Assembly (NCBI RefSeq): GCF_027921745.1
Contig: NC_079239.1
Coordinates: forward strand, 2,542,001 to 2,606,000
DNA: 64,000 bases
Reading direction: 5' to 3'
Source: Schizosaccharomyces osmophilus
Taxonomy: Eukaryota
Shown: positions 11,526-23,524 of the stretch, one piece after another
Layout of the letters: every line of letters begins with the position of its first letter
How positions within the stretch are numbered: the first letter of the stretch is position 1
The notes under the pieces: generated by a model
The model's input: the letters and a program-made list of their open reading frames with translations, nothing else
The model's database searches: none
What the model was told of the DNA's origin: nothing
Position numbers and translations under genes: made by a program

Positions 11526-14243
11526 TCACAACCATTGACAGCGTATACATTCATCTTCTATACATCGTAAATGGTAGGAATGCCTACATCGAAAATGTAC
11601 CATCGGTAATTCCAAATCAGTATTACAGGCAGAGCATTTAGACTCCTGAACAACAAAAGCAGTTGTGCGTAAATTGGACAGTTCTTTATTTAATTCCAAG
11701 ATCTCGGATTTGCCTATTTCGATGCCTTTCTTTTTTTCAGAGATTTGGCTTTCAAACCTATAGGCCGCGTTCTCTACTGCTTCCTCAATCATGCCCAGAG
11801 TAACGGCATCTGATTTACCTAAGATCTCTGCAAGCTGAGTAGGTGAAATCAATTGATGATTAATTATATATTCTGTAACCTCCTTTACTTCTTTTGACCA
11901 AGGCTCTAGCTGATTTGTTGAGGCGAAATAGTTAAGCATCATGATATATAACTCACTTTGATCTTCCCCTTGAGCACGTACCATTTCCATTGCACGACTA
12001 ACATCGTCATGTTTGCAAAATGATCGAAAAATATCTAGTGTTTGACCAGACTTTCCCTGTACAAATCTGACCCCGTCATCGAATTCCAGAATCTGAGATA
12101 TCAGGAAGGTAGCATTCAGATCCAAGTGTTTTTCTGAATCTTTCAGTAGTAAGTTGGCCTTTTTTTTCCAGAATCCTTGAGCATTTTCATCCTGTGAAGA
12201 ATGGGATTCTCTTATATAGGCTTCAAAAAGGCAAGTATTGATGTGTGTTTTGTATTCTTCAGAAACATGTGGCAAAATGGCTTCTAAAAATCGTATCAAC
12301 TCAGAGTTATGGTTTAAGAAAATGTGAAAACACGTCTGTGGGTTCGGAGCAATGTATGATTCGTCTACTTGGGGTTCTTCACTATCTGCTCTTTCCTCAG
12401 TCGTTTCCGAATTATGATCGGCAGACATAGAAGATATGCCAAATGGAGTAGCATTAGCATAAGGAAGAAGAGAAAGGTAAGTCTGTCGCAATGACTTTTC
12501 ATATTTTGTCTGAGCTTTAGATCGCATGCTTTGCTTAGATTTATGATTATTAGAATAAAATGATATAAACAGATCAGTTGTCTCTTTTGGTAAATTCGAA
12601 AGCAATACTCGGCCAAAACGAAGCAATAACGGGAGTAACCTAGACGGCGCGATTTCATACATGTAATCCAAATTTTCGGAATACTTCTTTTCTTCTAAAA
12701 GAACATCGATGACTCGCTCATGATTATTGAACCGAATACCAAGGTGCTTAGCTTCTTCAAGAAAACCAGACCGATGACAGATATCAAATGCCTGATTAAA
12801 TGCGAATCCACCAGTATCGATAAGTCTATTAATCCCCTTCAAGTTTTTTGTTTCCACATGGCACGAAAGCAGAAGTAATTTAAGATCAGAATTTGCCAAA
12901 TCGTTTTGCATGAGTGCTTCTATAAATCTTATGAGTTGGTCAAGGCGCTCTGCTTTAAGAAATTCTAAGCAAACGACTGGTATATTAACTGACCTTATTG
13001 ATTTTATATACCAATCCATAGATAATGAGTAATCTCCCTTACGAAATAAAAAGCGAGCGTATTCTATCATTAGGCTTTGCAGAAAGTATGAATCCATGTT
13101 TTTCTGTCGAGAGAGGGAAATAGCCAAGTCATACATTGTTTTTTTACTAAGCAGGGAAATTTCATCATTAAGGTCAATTCTTTTAAGTTTTAAAAAAGAA
13201 TTGACTGAGGTTAGTATTAAGAAGCCTTCGTCTATGGATAATATTTGGGCAGAATGATCCCTCAAAAAACCTTCCCAAACAATCAATTTCCTTGGTAAAT
13301 CTATCAATAGTAATCGAGAAAGTGGTGTTGTCAGACGGTCTCCTTCAAGTCTTGAAAAAGAGTTAGAAGATGGCATGCTCTTTCTCGAATTAGGCAAGCC
13401 GGTTGCAGACGGATCGGTTGGTGAATAATGTAAAGCTAATATAGGACCTTGTGTTGCCAAAAAATGTTTCTCTCCAGGGAATGTAAAACAAACTTTGTCC
13501 TGCGAGGGAAAATAGAATGTAAGACCATCAGACCGAGAGCAGATAAACGAAGGCGAAGTAGTCGTAAGAGAGGAAATATTTTGCTCATTATATCCTGACG
13601 AACAATTAATGGATGTGCCAAGTGTATCCAGAGTTGTTATATTCTTTCCTTTAATTGAGTAAGTTTTGTTCGTTGTGGAAACGTAAAGAATTAAGTCCTC
13701 GGATTTGTGAAACGCTAAGCTGGTTATCGGTTCAGATAATTTGAAATTATTAGAAATACGGAGTCCTCTTTCACGAAAAGGAGTACCATAAAATGCTAGG
13801 ACATGTCCTCCAAACCCACAAGCTAAATATCTATCTGATAGTGATTCAGAGACCGCCACTATTGGATGCGGTTGTTCATCAACTATAAACCGGTTGGCAG
13901 ATACAAGTGAAAACTTCTTTTCTAATGAAGGATCCTCTTGAGAGCACGAAAAAGCGTAAATGACTAAAAAGCTCGGACCATCCTGCTCACCAAAGTTGTA
14001 AAATAATAGAAAACGATCATTATCGATCCAAAGTATTTGTTGGATAGCTACTTCATGCTCCAGATCGATCACTTGCTTTACCCCCAAGGAAGAATCGTAT
14101 AGGGTTACCCTCCCCGAAGTGTTACAAGCTAGAATTTGATTTCCAAAAGATGCTATAGAGACGTTTGTTCTACCAAGTTTTTGAGGCAATTCATGTTTTT
14201 GAAACAGAGTCACTCGTTTCCAAGATCGAATGAAAGTAGTCAT
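11526..14243 (-). CDS. vps11: HOPS/CORVET core subunit Vps11 (beta-propeller, clathrin-like repeat, C-terminal RING-H2)
   Basis: About 905-aa ORF from the first ATG at 14243; C-terminal CSAC...HFRCRHSYHLRC...CIRC RING. Confidence 0.9.
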   Translation of the reverse strand: MTTFIRSWKRVTLFQKHELPQKLGRTNVSIASFGNQILACNTSGRVTLYDSSLGVKQVIDLEHEVAIQQILWIDNDRFLLFYNFGEQDGPSFLVIYAFSCSQEDPSLEKKFSLVSANRFIVDEQPHPIVAVSESLSDRYLACGFGGHVLAFYGTPFRERGLRISNNFKLSEPITSLAFHKSEDLILYVSTTNKTYSIKGKNITTLDTLGTSINCSSGYNEQNISSLTTTSPSFICSRSDGLTFYFPSQDKVCFTFPGEKHFLATQGPILALHYSPTDPSATGLPNSRKSMPSSNSFSRLEGDRLTTPLSRLLLIDLPRKLIVWEGFLRDHSAQILSIDEGFLILTSVNSFLKLKRIDLNDEISLLSKKTMYDLAISLSRQKNMDSYFLQSLMIEYARFLFRKGDYSLSMDWYIKSIRSVNIPVVCLEFLKAERLDQLIRFIEALMQNDLANSDLKLLLLSCHVETKNLKGINRLIDTGGFAFNQAFDICHRSGFLEEAKHLGIRFNNHERVIDVLLEEKKYSENLDYMYEIAPSRLLPLLLRFGRVLLSNLPKETTDLFISFYSNNHKSKQSMRSKAQTKYEKSLRQTYLSLLPYANATPFGISSMSADHNSETTEERADSEEPQVDESYIAPNPQTCFHIFLNHNSELIRFLEAILPHVSEEYKTHINTCLFEAYIRESHSSQDENAQGFWKKKANLLLKDSEKHLDLNATFLISQILEFDDGVRFVQGKSGQTLDIFRSFCKHDDVSRAMEMVRAQGEDQSELYIMMLNYFASTNQLEPWSKEVKEVTEYIINHQLISPTQLAEILGKSDAVTLGMIEEAVENAAYRFESQISEKKKGIEIGKSEILELNKELSNLRTTAFVVQESKCSACNTDLELPMVHFRCRHSYHLRCIEDECIRCQWL

Positions 14244-14934
14244 GATTAACGCCTGTTTAGGCAAACGGTAGTCCTACAGGTTTTAAAACATAAATATACG
14301 TATATAAAAAATAAAATATGAGAAAGTTGCCCTGATTATGATAATACAAGAGATATTCTTTAGAACCGTGCGAGGAACATTCAAGAGGTGGTAGCACTAT
14401 GGAAAGGAAAAATTCGTTAAGACAATGTAGCAGATTCAGAGTCCAAGATATTTCCTGCTATAGTAGAAACCTTACAAATAATAATGATTTGATTGTTTTA
14501 TAGATTAAAATTGCATTGATATTTGAAGCTTTATAAGATTAAAGTCTTTCAGTCTACAAAAGTAAATCGCTCGATACGTAATCATGAAAAAAAAAAATTA
14601 AATAACAAAAAGAAGGCTATTCAAAACAATAATCCTATGTGTCTAGAAACTAAACCAACGACGAAACCAAAAACCCAGAAGGAAGTACGCAACGAAACAA
14701 TCATAAAAACAAGTAATAAAAGAAACCAGATTAATGAGTAACGAATAATGATGGCCTCATGTAGTCTCAAAAGAAAATACAAATTAGAGAAATGAACAAA
14801 CTGAGGTTTATATCTTCCACTGAGTCAATGTAAGTAAAACAATTAAAGCTCTCTCTTTATTTAGAGATGAGTAAAAAAATAACAAAACATAGCCTGTCTA
14901 TAGAACACCTTTGTGGAAAGCAAAGAAATAAGGC

Positions 14935-16331
14935 TTAAATTTTCCACCAGCGAAATACGATTGGAGCAAAGTACGTGGAAAGAAATCCAATCCCTGCATA
15001 AATAACAATTCGTGCAACTGTCTCACAGTCAAAGCTACAACAGAGTTCATGACCAGATACATTGCCCAAGGGTGTTTTAGTGGTACCTGAAGCATTATTG
15101 GAACCACTAGCCGCACGAATCCCTTTCGACGCGGACGAAATTTTCCATTGGCAAATCCGTAATTTTTTATACATTGATGGTAAGAGCGTCAACAATGCTT
15201 GTTTAGCGAAAGACTTCCAGAAAAAAATCATCGTAACACCTAGTCAAGTTAGTAAACGTAAATACCAAGAAACAATCAATAAAGAATAAATAAAGTAAAA
15301 GACATACCAAAAACAATTCGAAGAACAAAACGCAAAATAAATGTTGCGTTGATACCACCAATTAAATAATTTATAGACTCGGGAGACGAAAGCCATGTGC
15401 CCAAATCAATCCCCATAATCACTGCCACAAAAGAAATACTATCATCGATGCAAATGCAGTGTTCCGCAGGCAAAGGATGCATCCATATAAAATATAAGGA
15501 AACCGCAACGACCGTTATGGGCACATGACAAGACGAACTTGTGTTTACGGAATGAAATATATCGGAATACTTCCATTGAATACATGATAAACAGATTCCG
15601 ATGAAAGAGCCAACGATTACGTCCATAAATCCATGCATGCCACAATACAATCGACCCAAGGAAATTGAAAAGATGTAGAGAAGGCTGAGAAAAACAAGTA
15701 AGTGAAAGCAAGGAGGAGACATGGATTCCTTCATGCTAACAAGCATAAATATCGAATAGGAGCCTGTGGAAACTGCATTCGTTGTATGTGTACTTGGAAA
15801 TCCGTATTCATATTCGGCATCGGATGACAAAGTCAAACGGATTAGGGGTGGCGACAAGGGACGCGGTAAGCAAAGGAAGTCCTTTAGAATGCCACTGAAG
15901 TAAACCCCAGCTGCAAACAGTTGTGTAATGTCTAGCGTAAAGTTGATACATCCAGACCAGAAGAAAATAGGCAATGCAAGCATAAAGAATACGTGCGTGC
16001 CAAGGGTAGCACTGTAACAAAAGTACGTATCTAGCCAAGTCCTTCTTAGACGTGACTAAATTAATTTGTTAATATACTGCCACGTAAATCTTTATTTGTA
16101 GAGGAAAGCAACCACTTCTCGGAGACTTCTATTTCCAATTTGGGCACATACCTGGAGTTTATGCAAATATATACTTTCGCTGCGAACGTACGGTAAGAGA
16201 AATTGTCGCAATTGGTACCGCAAGCTGCCTTTTCCGAACAATTGACTATAATACCCTTGGCTTTTATATCCAAGAAACTTTTCGTTTATCGAGGCTGCCT
16301 TAATTTGCTCCATAGTATTTGAAGGATCCAT
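14935..16331 (-). CDS. PAP2-family sphingosine-1-phosphate/sphingoid-base phosphate phosphatase (Lcb3/Ysr3-like), 3 exons
   Basis: Introns 16151-16056 and 15307-15240; motifs KDFLCLPRP, EYGFPSTH and GRLYCGMH. Confidence 0.88.
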
Positions 16332-16944
16332 GGTGAATGGGCATTTAGATGGGTTGTCCCAACTTGGGTTGTTTATAACTTGGAACAATTCTTGTCACAT
16401 ACCTGTCAGCAAATAAACATGAAGGAAAGCGTACTGCAAGCCACTTCAGAAATTAGTTCGCTGGACTGCAGTAATAAACAAAGAGTAAAAGGAACGATGT
16501 TGTGGGAATAGAAAGGCTGAAAGACGGATTTGTAGCGTTTTGTTGCGTTGAAACCTAGAAAAGGTTGGTCTCGTTTTCTCAGGAAATGGTTTTTTCAAAT
16601 GTCGCCATAAAGAAATACGAAAGTTTGGTGAAGGCAACTATTTAAGAGCATGAAATGAAAGGAAAAACAAAGTAAACGGTTGTTTTTACCATTATTGAGA
16701 AGTTTGCTTAAAATTTGCTGTTATTTTCGATATAGAATTCCATGAACTTTCAGGTCGAAAGGGAAGAGGAAGCGCCCAAGGTACCCATATGAAGAGAACA
16801 AATTGGTAGGTTGTAAAGTCTTGGTTTTGAAATTCGTTTATTGATATAAAGTTTTTTTAATATACTTCAAACAAGTTTGGCAATAATTTATGAACAAAGC
16901 AGCTTGCTGTTCAACGAATTTTTGGCGGTGCAAAAATTAAACTT

Positions 16945-17888
16945 ATGTCTCAGTCAGCTAACGCAGTGGAGCCTAAACAGAAGAAAGCAAGTCATTTTAA
17001 AGCAGGTGCGTTAGGAGGGTTTCTGTCAAGTGCTGCTCTGCAACCTTTGGATCTTTTAAAAACACGATTGCAACAAAGTCAACATTTGCCTCTGCCACAA
17101 ATTATTCAAAATGTCGTTCGCCAAGAGGGAGGCATCACGTCCCTATGGAAAGGAACGCTTCCTTCTATCCTCCGATCAACGAGTGGATCGTCATGCTACT
17201 TTTATGTTCTTAACTGGTTGCGACGGTATAACCCACAGAGCAATTTGTCCAGCTTGAAAAATACACAAAACTTTTGGACTGGTGGACTCTCGCGGGCAAT
17301 TGTTGGGTTCGTCTTTATGCCGGTAACTGTCATTAAAGTCCGCTACGAAGTAAGTCGAATAGCAATCTACTTGGTTTCTTTCCGCGTATCTAACTTTTTC
17401 AGAGTAATTATTATTCCTATACTACGATCGGATCCTCCATAAAAAGCATTTGGAAAAAAGAAGGTTTCCCCGGGTTTTTCCATGGTTTTGGTGTAACAGC
17501 CATTCGAGATGCACCTCATGCAGGACTTTATGTTTATTTTTACGAACTTTCTAAAGAAACAATTCACAATCTTCTTGGACACTTTCATGAAACCCTTCCC
17601 GGCGATGTTCTTCAAAACCCTTACAACAATTCAGTTAATGTGGCCTCCGGTATGTTTTCAGGGATCATAGCCACAACAATTACAAATCCTTTTGATATGC
17701 TTAAAACCCGTGTCCAGTTACAACCCGACCTCTATAAAAACTTCCTCTATTGTGCGAAACGTGTCTATATGAACGAGGGCTTATACGGTTTCTTAGATGG
17801 GCTTGCCCTCCGAGTTTTACGAAAATCTGTTTCTTCAACTATTACCTGGTCTGTTTACGAGTGGGCCATGCATCGAAATGATACGTAG
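16945..17888 (+). CDS. hem25: Mitochondrial carrier, glycine transporter (SLC25A38/Hem25), 2 exons
   Basis: Intron 17350-17402; carrier repeats [20 protein letters not shown] and [14 protein letters not shown] motif. Confidence 0.85.
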
Positions 17889-18225
17889 GCGTTTTGGATT
17901 CTTTTTGTTTACCTCTCGGCACGAAATTATCTTTGTCAATATATAATTAGACTCTTGATTGAATATTTTTGATATGCATGTAATCACCTATCTGAAAGAT
18001 ATAATATGTATTCATTTCTTGCACTTGCTGTAAAAATAAGACTATCCAGAGAACCCCGTACTTCTTTGGGTTCTTAGTAACTTGATGTAATTATGCAGCC
18101 TTTTGAATGCATATTTTTACACGAAACCAACTTCTATGTTCAGCGTAGTCTTATCCTTTTGAAGTATCAATTGATGACAAGTTCCAAACCCATTCTTCAA
18201 ACATGACTTTTATTATTTCATCTTC

Positions 18226-18249
18226 TTTTTTTTTTTTTTTTTTTTTTTT
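18226..18249. repeat. Poly(dT:dA) tract of 24 nt in the hem25-taspase intergenic region
   Basis: Uninterrupted run of T. Confidence 0.9.
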
Positions 18250-18428
18250 ATGGTGAAGCTTACGATGCACCTACAACCATAGGAAAGTTTTTTCCAACAG
18301 CATAGGGTGAAATCGCTAAATAACTTTCACCGTTTGCAAACCCATTGTTCATTTTTTGATCTATTCCAGAGTCTCTGAACCACGTATACGGAGTGTCCTT
18401 TTTTAAATAATGCAAACGAACTAAAAGC

Positions 18429-19569
18429 ATGAATTCTGGCTTTGTGATTGTCCATGCTGGAGCAGGCTTATATTCAGAACGAAGGGAACATTTAGCGAAG
18501 GATGCGTGTGCTAAGTACGAACATTCTATTCTTTTTTCATTTTGGGTACTAATTCTTCAAATAGAGCATGCATGCAAGCAAAACTTGAACTCTGCAGAAC
18601 TTCTGATTCAATTGCAGCGGCAATAGCAGCTGTAAAGGTGCTTGAAGACAGCCCAGTTTGTAATGCTGGTACAGGATCGAATTTGACTGTCAACGGAGAA
18701 GTGGAGTGTGAGGCTGGTTTGATGGAGTCTCACACAGGAATGGCGGCAAGCGTAGGTGCATGCAGAAACTATAAATATCCATCTGAAATTTGCTCGAGAA
18801 TTTTAAGCAAACGTAAGCTTCCTAAAAGTCATGGTCGAATACCTCCCTTGATGATTGTAAGTCATGGAGTTTCTGAGTTCTTGAAGGAGGAAGGGATTCC
18901 CACAAATACCAATGAAGAGTTGCGAACTGATGGGTCTCGTAAACAGTATGAAAAATGGAAGCAACTTGTTGAAGATGATGGGAGGATACCATCATCTCAA
19001 GATACAGTCGGTGCTATATGCATTGATCCTGCTGGCGAATTCTGCGTGTGCTGCAGCAGTGGTGGTATATTATTAAAATCTTCAGGAAGGATTGGATCAT
19101 CTGCTATCCCTGGCCATGGATTTTGGCTGGAAAGAGAATTGAATGAAATGGGTGCCTCCACCTTTGCTACATGTATGACCGGAACAGGTGAACACATTTC
19201 AAACACGAATTTCGCAATTAGATGTTCAAATGTAATGTTGCACACAGAAGATGAGATTCAAGATCTGGAACGCCTTATCCGAGACTTCTGGGATCATCCA
19301 ATGTCGAAATATATCCCTAATCTATCTCTGGGATTCATATTTGCAAAAATGGAAACAATGCCTGAATCAAAACGTCCACGGTTGACATTTGGCTTTGCAA
19401 ATTCCTCGCCATCCATGGTATGTAATAGCGGTATACCTCCTATTTCATCTTAACTAACACTTTGAAGGCAATTGGATATATGAAAACCACTTCAAAGAAG
19501 CCTCATGTCCTTATTACGAGAAATCAGAATAAACCGCATACAATTAGTGTTGTTTCTACTCGACTTTGA
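18429..19569 (+). CDS. Threonine aspartase (taspase-1-like, type 2 asparaginase/Ntn hydrolase), 3 exons
   Basis: Introns 18515-18564 and 19418-19467; VHAGAG, NAGTGSNL, autocleavage site QD|TVGA, GRIG and TGTGE motifs. Confidence 0.85.
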
Positions 19570-19895
19570 TGAAATCAAATTATACCTAGTATTGGAAACA
19601 TAATTGCTTCCCATTTTCTAAGAATCATTTTCATCGAGCTGTTGTTTTTTACCGCTTAATTGTTTATTAACGATAATGAGATGTAAACTCGTTGTTTTTG
19701 CCTTCCATGGCACTTTTACTCGTAAGACAAGATAAAGGATTCTAGCACTATTTTATTAAATCTGAAGGGCTATTAATTTCAACTTTAGCAATTCCCAAGT
19801 GGTAAAGAAATCTCTGTACAACTTCAATTCTTATCGTTTCCCTTCGGTTTAGTAAGGAATTTTTTTTTTATTTGGATTAATAAAAAAGAAAAACA

Positions 19896-21361
19896 ATGAC
19901 GACCGACGTGAAGAAGCAAAAGAAAACCGTGAATGGAGACGGTGTCAAAGACGAAGGTTTTAAGGAAGAAGCTGAAAGAAAGGTGTCTTCTGATTCGAAA
20001 TCATCTTTAGAGGAAAAAGATGAAAAAGATGAAAAGGATGAATCTCCTAAAACTTTTAGAGACTTGGTAAGGCTTACGAAGTTTTGATGTCTATATGTTT
20101 TCTAATTAATTTATAGGGTGTTATTGAAGAATTGTGTCAGGCTTGTGAGAAGTTAGGCTACAAGGATCCTACTCCCATTCAACGTGAGGCTATTCCCACC
20201 GCTTTGTCGAAGCGAGATGTGATTGGTCTTGCTCAAACAGGAAGTGGTAAAACTGCCGCATTTGCTCTCCCTGTGATCCAGGAATTGTGGGACAATCCTA
20301 GTCCTTATTATGCTGTTGTGCTTGCACCTACTCGAGAGCTTGCTTACCAAATTTCTGAACAGTTTGAAGCACTGGGAGGTGCCATTGGTGTGCGAAGCGT
20401 TGTTATTGTAGGTGGAATGGACATGGTCACTCAAGCAGTTGCTTTGTCCAAAAAACCACATATCCTTGTTTGTACTCCTGGTCGTTTGATGGACCATTTA
20501 GAAAATACCAAAGGATTTAGTCTGCGAAACTTACAATACCTAATTATGGATGAAGCTGATCGTCTTTTGGATATGGATTTTGGACCCATCATTGACAGAG
20601 TTCTAAAGGTCATTCCTAAAGAGAGACGTACTATGCTTTTCTCGGCCACCATGACCAACAAGGTTGAGAAGCTTCAACGTGCTTCCCTTCATAACCCCGT
20701 TCGTGTTGCCGTTTCTTCCAAATTTTCCACTGTAGATACCTTGATCCAGCGTTACTTGTTTTTCCCTTTTAAACACAAAGATACTTATCTCGTTTATTTG
20801 GTTAATGAACTTGCTGGTAATACCATCCTTATCTTTGCACGTACAGTAAACGATACTCAACGATTGGCAATTTTGTTGCGGTCTCTTGGATTTAGCGCAA
20901 TACCTCTTCACGGTCAACTGAGTCAAAGCAATCGTCTTGGTGCATTAAATAAATTCAAGTCCGGTACTAGATCAATTATGGTTGCTACAGATGTTGCTGC
21001 TCGTGGTTTGGATATTCCTCTTGTTGATGTCGTTGTCAATTACGATATTCCCACTGACTCTAAAGCATACGTTCATCGTGTTGGCCGTACTGCTCGTGCC
21101 GGACGTGCCGGTAAATCAGTCGCCCTCGTAACTCAATATGATTTGGAGCCATTCCTTCGTATTGAGGCTGCTATTGGCAAAAAGATGCAAGAGTACGAGC
21201 ACCAAAAGGATGCAGTGTTCTTGTTGTCGGAGCGGGTGGATGAAGCACAGCGAGAAGCTGTGATTCAAATGAAGGAAATTCATGAAAGGAGGAGATCTAA
21301 GGGTAAGCTTCGTACAAAACGCAAGCATGATGATCTTGATCGTGAAGAGCAAGTCTCTTAA
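19896..21361 (+). CDS. rrp3: DEAD-box rRNA helicase Rrp3 (DDX47), 2 exons
   Basis: Intron 20067-20116; [21 protein letters not shown] and [10 protein letters not shown] motifs. Confidence 0.92.
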
Positions 21362-21679
21362 TCAGAAGACGTAAGGGTTGTAAAAGAAGATTTTGGTTTC
21401 AAATAAAAAATTAAAAGGACAGGTTACTTTTTGGATACTCTATTATGGTTATGTTTATAATAGGATTAGATATTAGCACATTAATCAGGTGCGTTCATGA
21501 AATGGTAATATGAAACAAGATATAGGTCGTAACCGTCGCTTCTTGTAGACGAGCAACATATATTGGGTAAATATAAAAATTATTTCGAACCATTCCTGAC
21601 TTAATTATAGGAACGAGTAAAAGAAAATATATATTGGTCGAGGACATGATTTACGAAGAATGAAGAAAATTAAAAGAAA

Positions 21680-22684
21680 TCAATCTTTGCCGTACATGGA
21701 TTTGAGCTTCGGAGAAGTATCGTTTATGTCATAAACCGAGCTTTTTATTACAAAACCGTAAATGTAGTAAGTAATAGGTACTGTAGCCAGATGCCAAAGG
21801 GCATGAGCATCAACTAGATTTGCAATTGGACTGAAATCGAAAAGCTCCAAGGAAGCAGAGAGCATCAAGGCGGTTACAGATAAAGCAGGCACCTTTGTCC
21901 AAGAAAGTCCGATATTTCTATGTGACCATGAATAGTAGTACCAAACGAGGTTTGAGAGCAAGCCTACAGAAAGGTTCGCCTTCATGTTGTAACCGTAATC
22001 GAAGGTATAAAAAGACAGATAACTGACATGTGCCACAAAAGCGACGAAAAAGAGGATTCCGAGTATGAATGTTGCGGTTCTACCTCCGCGCTTGAGATCT
22101 AATTTGAACATCAGAAGGAGCGAATTATATAAGCCGAATAAAACAAAAGCACCGGCTGAAAAATAGTCCAACTTCTCGGTTAAAGGAGTGTCGCGAATGT
22201 GGAAAACACTACTCCATACCCATGCGTTCATGCCGATAATGGCCCATATAAGACACAATGACTTACTATGGTGAAAATCTGGAATGCAACGACGCATACG
22301 TTGATAACCATTGTAGTGAACGATTAGATTAAGTACAGAGAATAAGACGCTAAAGAACTCCTGGACGCCACAGATTCGAATAAAGTACCATTTACCAAAG
22401 TACTGCTGAGAGGGAATTCCGTTTACGGCAAAGTAGTGTTCAGTATCAATTTGACATTCGTAACGGCAATTGCTACCACAGTCCCAAAAAAGTGATCTCA
22501 AATACCAGGGGAGCATTCCATTTTGTGAAGGATTCTGATTACAGTCAATGGTAAGACAGTTATTTAAGCATGTCCTATAGTATGGGTGTAAATCACCATT
22601 GCTTGCTGATGCACATTGTATCCAGGATGCAACTAGAAGTAATACTAAAAAAGAAAGAAAAGAATTTAGTTGCCGACCAGTCAT
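21680..22684 (-). CDS. pga3: GPI-anchor lipid remodelling factor Per1/PGAP3
   Basis: Signal peptide, Cys-rich N-terminus, QYFGKWYF, TEKLDYF, ELFDF...DAHALWH motifs, multiple TMs. Confidence 0.9.
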   Translation of the reverse strand: MTGRQLNSFLSFLVLLLVASWIQCASASNGDLHPYYRTCLNNCLTIDCNQNPSQNGMLPWYLRSLFWDCGSNCRYECQIDTEHYFAVNGIPSQQYFGKWYFIRICGVQEFFSVLFSVLNLIVHYNGYQRMRRCIPDFHHSKSLCLIWAIIGMNAWVWSSVFHIRDTPLTEKLDYFSAGAFVLFGLYNSLLLMFKLDLKRGGRTATFILGILFFVAFVAHVSYLSFYTFDYGYNMKANLSVGLLSNLVWYYYSWSHRNIGLSWTKVPALSVTALMLSASLELFDFSPIANLVDAHALWHLATVPITYYIYGFVIKSSVYDINDTSPKLKSMYGKD

Positions 22685-23524
22685 TTTAAGATTGTAGATC
22701 AGCTAAATCCATAAAGTTGTTTCCGGGTTATTCCGCTAGTGTCATGTTTTGGTTAGGAAAGGTACAATGTAACCTGCGAAAAAAAAATTGTAAACAATGC
22801 GAAAATTTGTTCTTCTTGAGAAAACGAAGAAAACTCAGTAAGCATTCGTTTCCAAATACAAAAGAGTATTGAGATGGCGAAAATCTATTGCCCGCTCCGA
22901 CAGCTTCTGAAACTTCACAAGGGTAGGACATTCACATGTTCGTACGAATTCTGCCTAGTACGGATCCAACGACAAATCAATTAAGGAAAATAGGATTAGC
23001 CTTGAAAAAATTTTAGGTTGGAACGTACTGAGTCAAAATGTTCAGACAAAAACATCGGTTGAGCGTAAGCAGTGCAAACAACGAAGAGAAATGTGTAAAC
23101 GTCAGATGGATATTCATGTTTAAGTAAAAGTTTGTAGAGTTAAATTTCAACGCATCCTGTGAATAAGCTTCTCTGTGAATTGATTTTCCGTTCATCGTGA
23201 AACTTTTTTAACCCCATCGTTTAGTAGAGTTTTCTTGTTGCTCATAAAGTTTATAGATTTCTTCTGAAGAAATTAAATAAAATCTAAAGCAAGATACAAA
23301 TCAAAGAGACCTTTAAGTTGTACGACACTTAAGATTTTGATCCCTCCTTTCAGCTCGAGTCCTAATTATAGCTACTTAGGGGGAGCGATAATTAGAATCA
23401 TCATAGTTGTATAAATGAGGAAACAATTCATGTGTCAATAGTCAAACATTGACATATTGCCAAGCTGTAGCAGTAGTTTTGTGCGGCTGAGTGCAACATG
23501 GCGACCAACGTACGAAAAAAGCAT

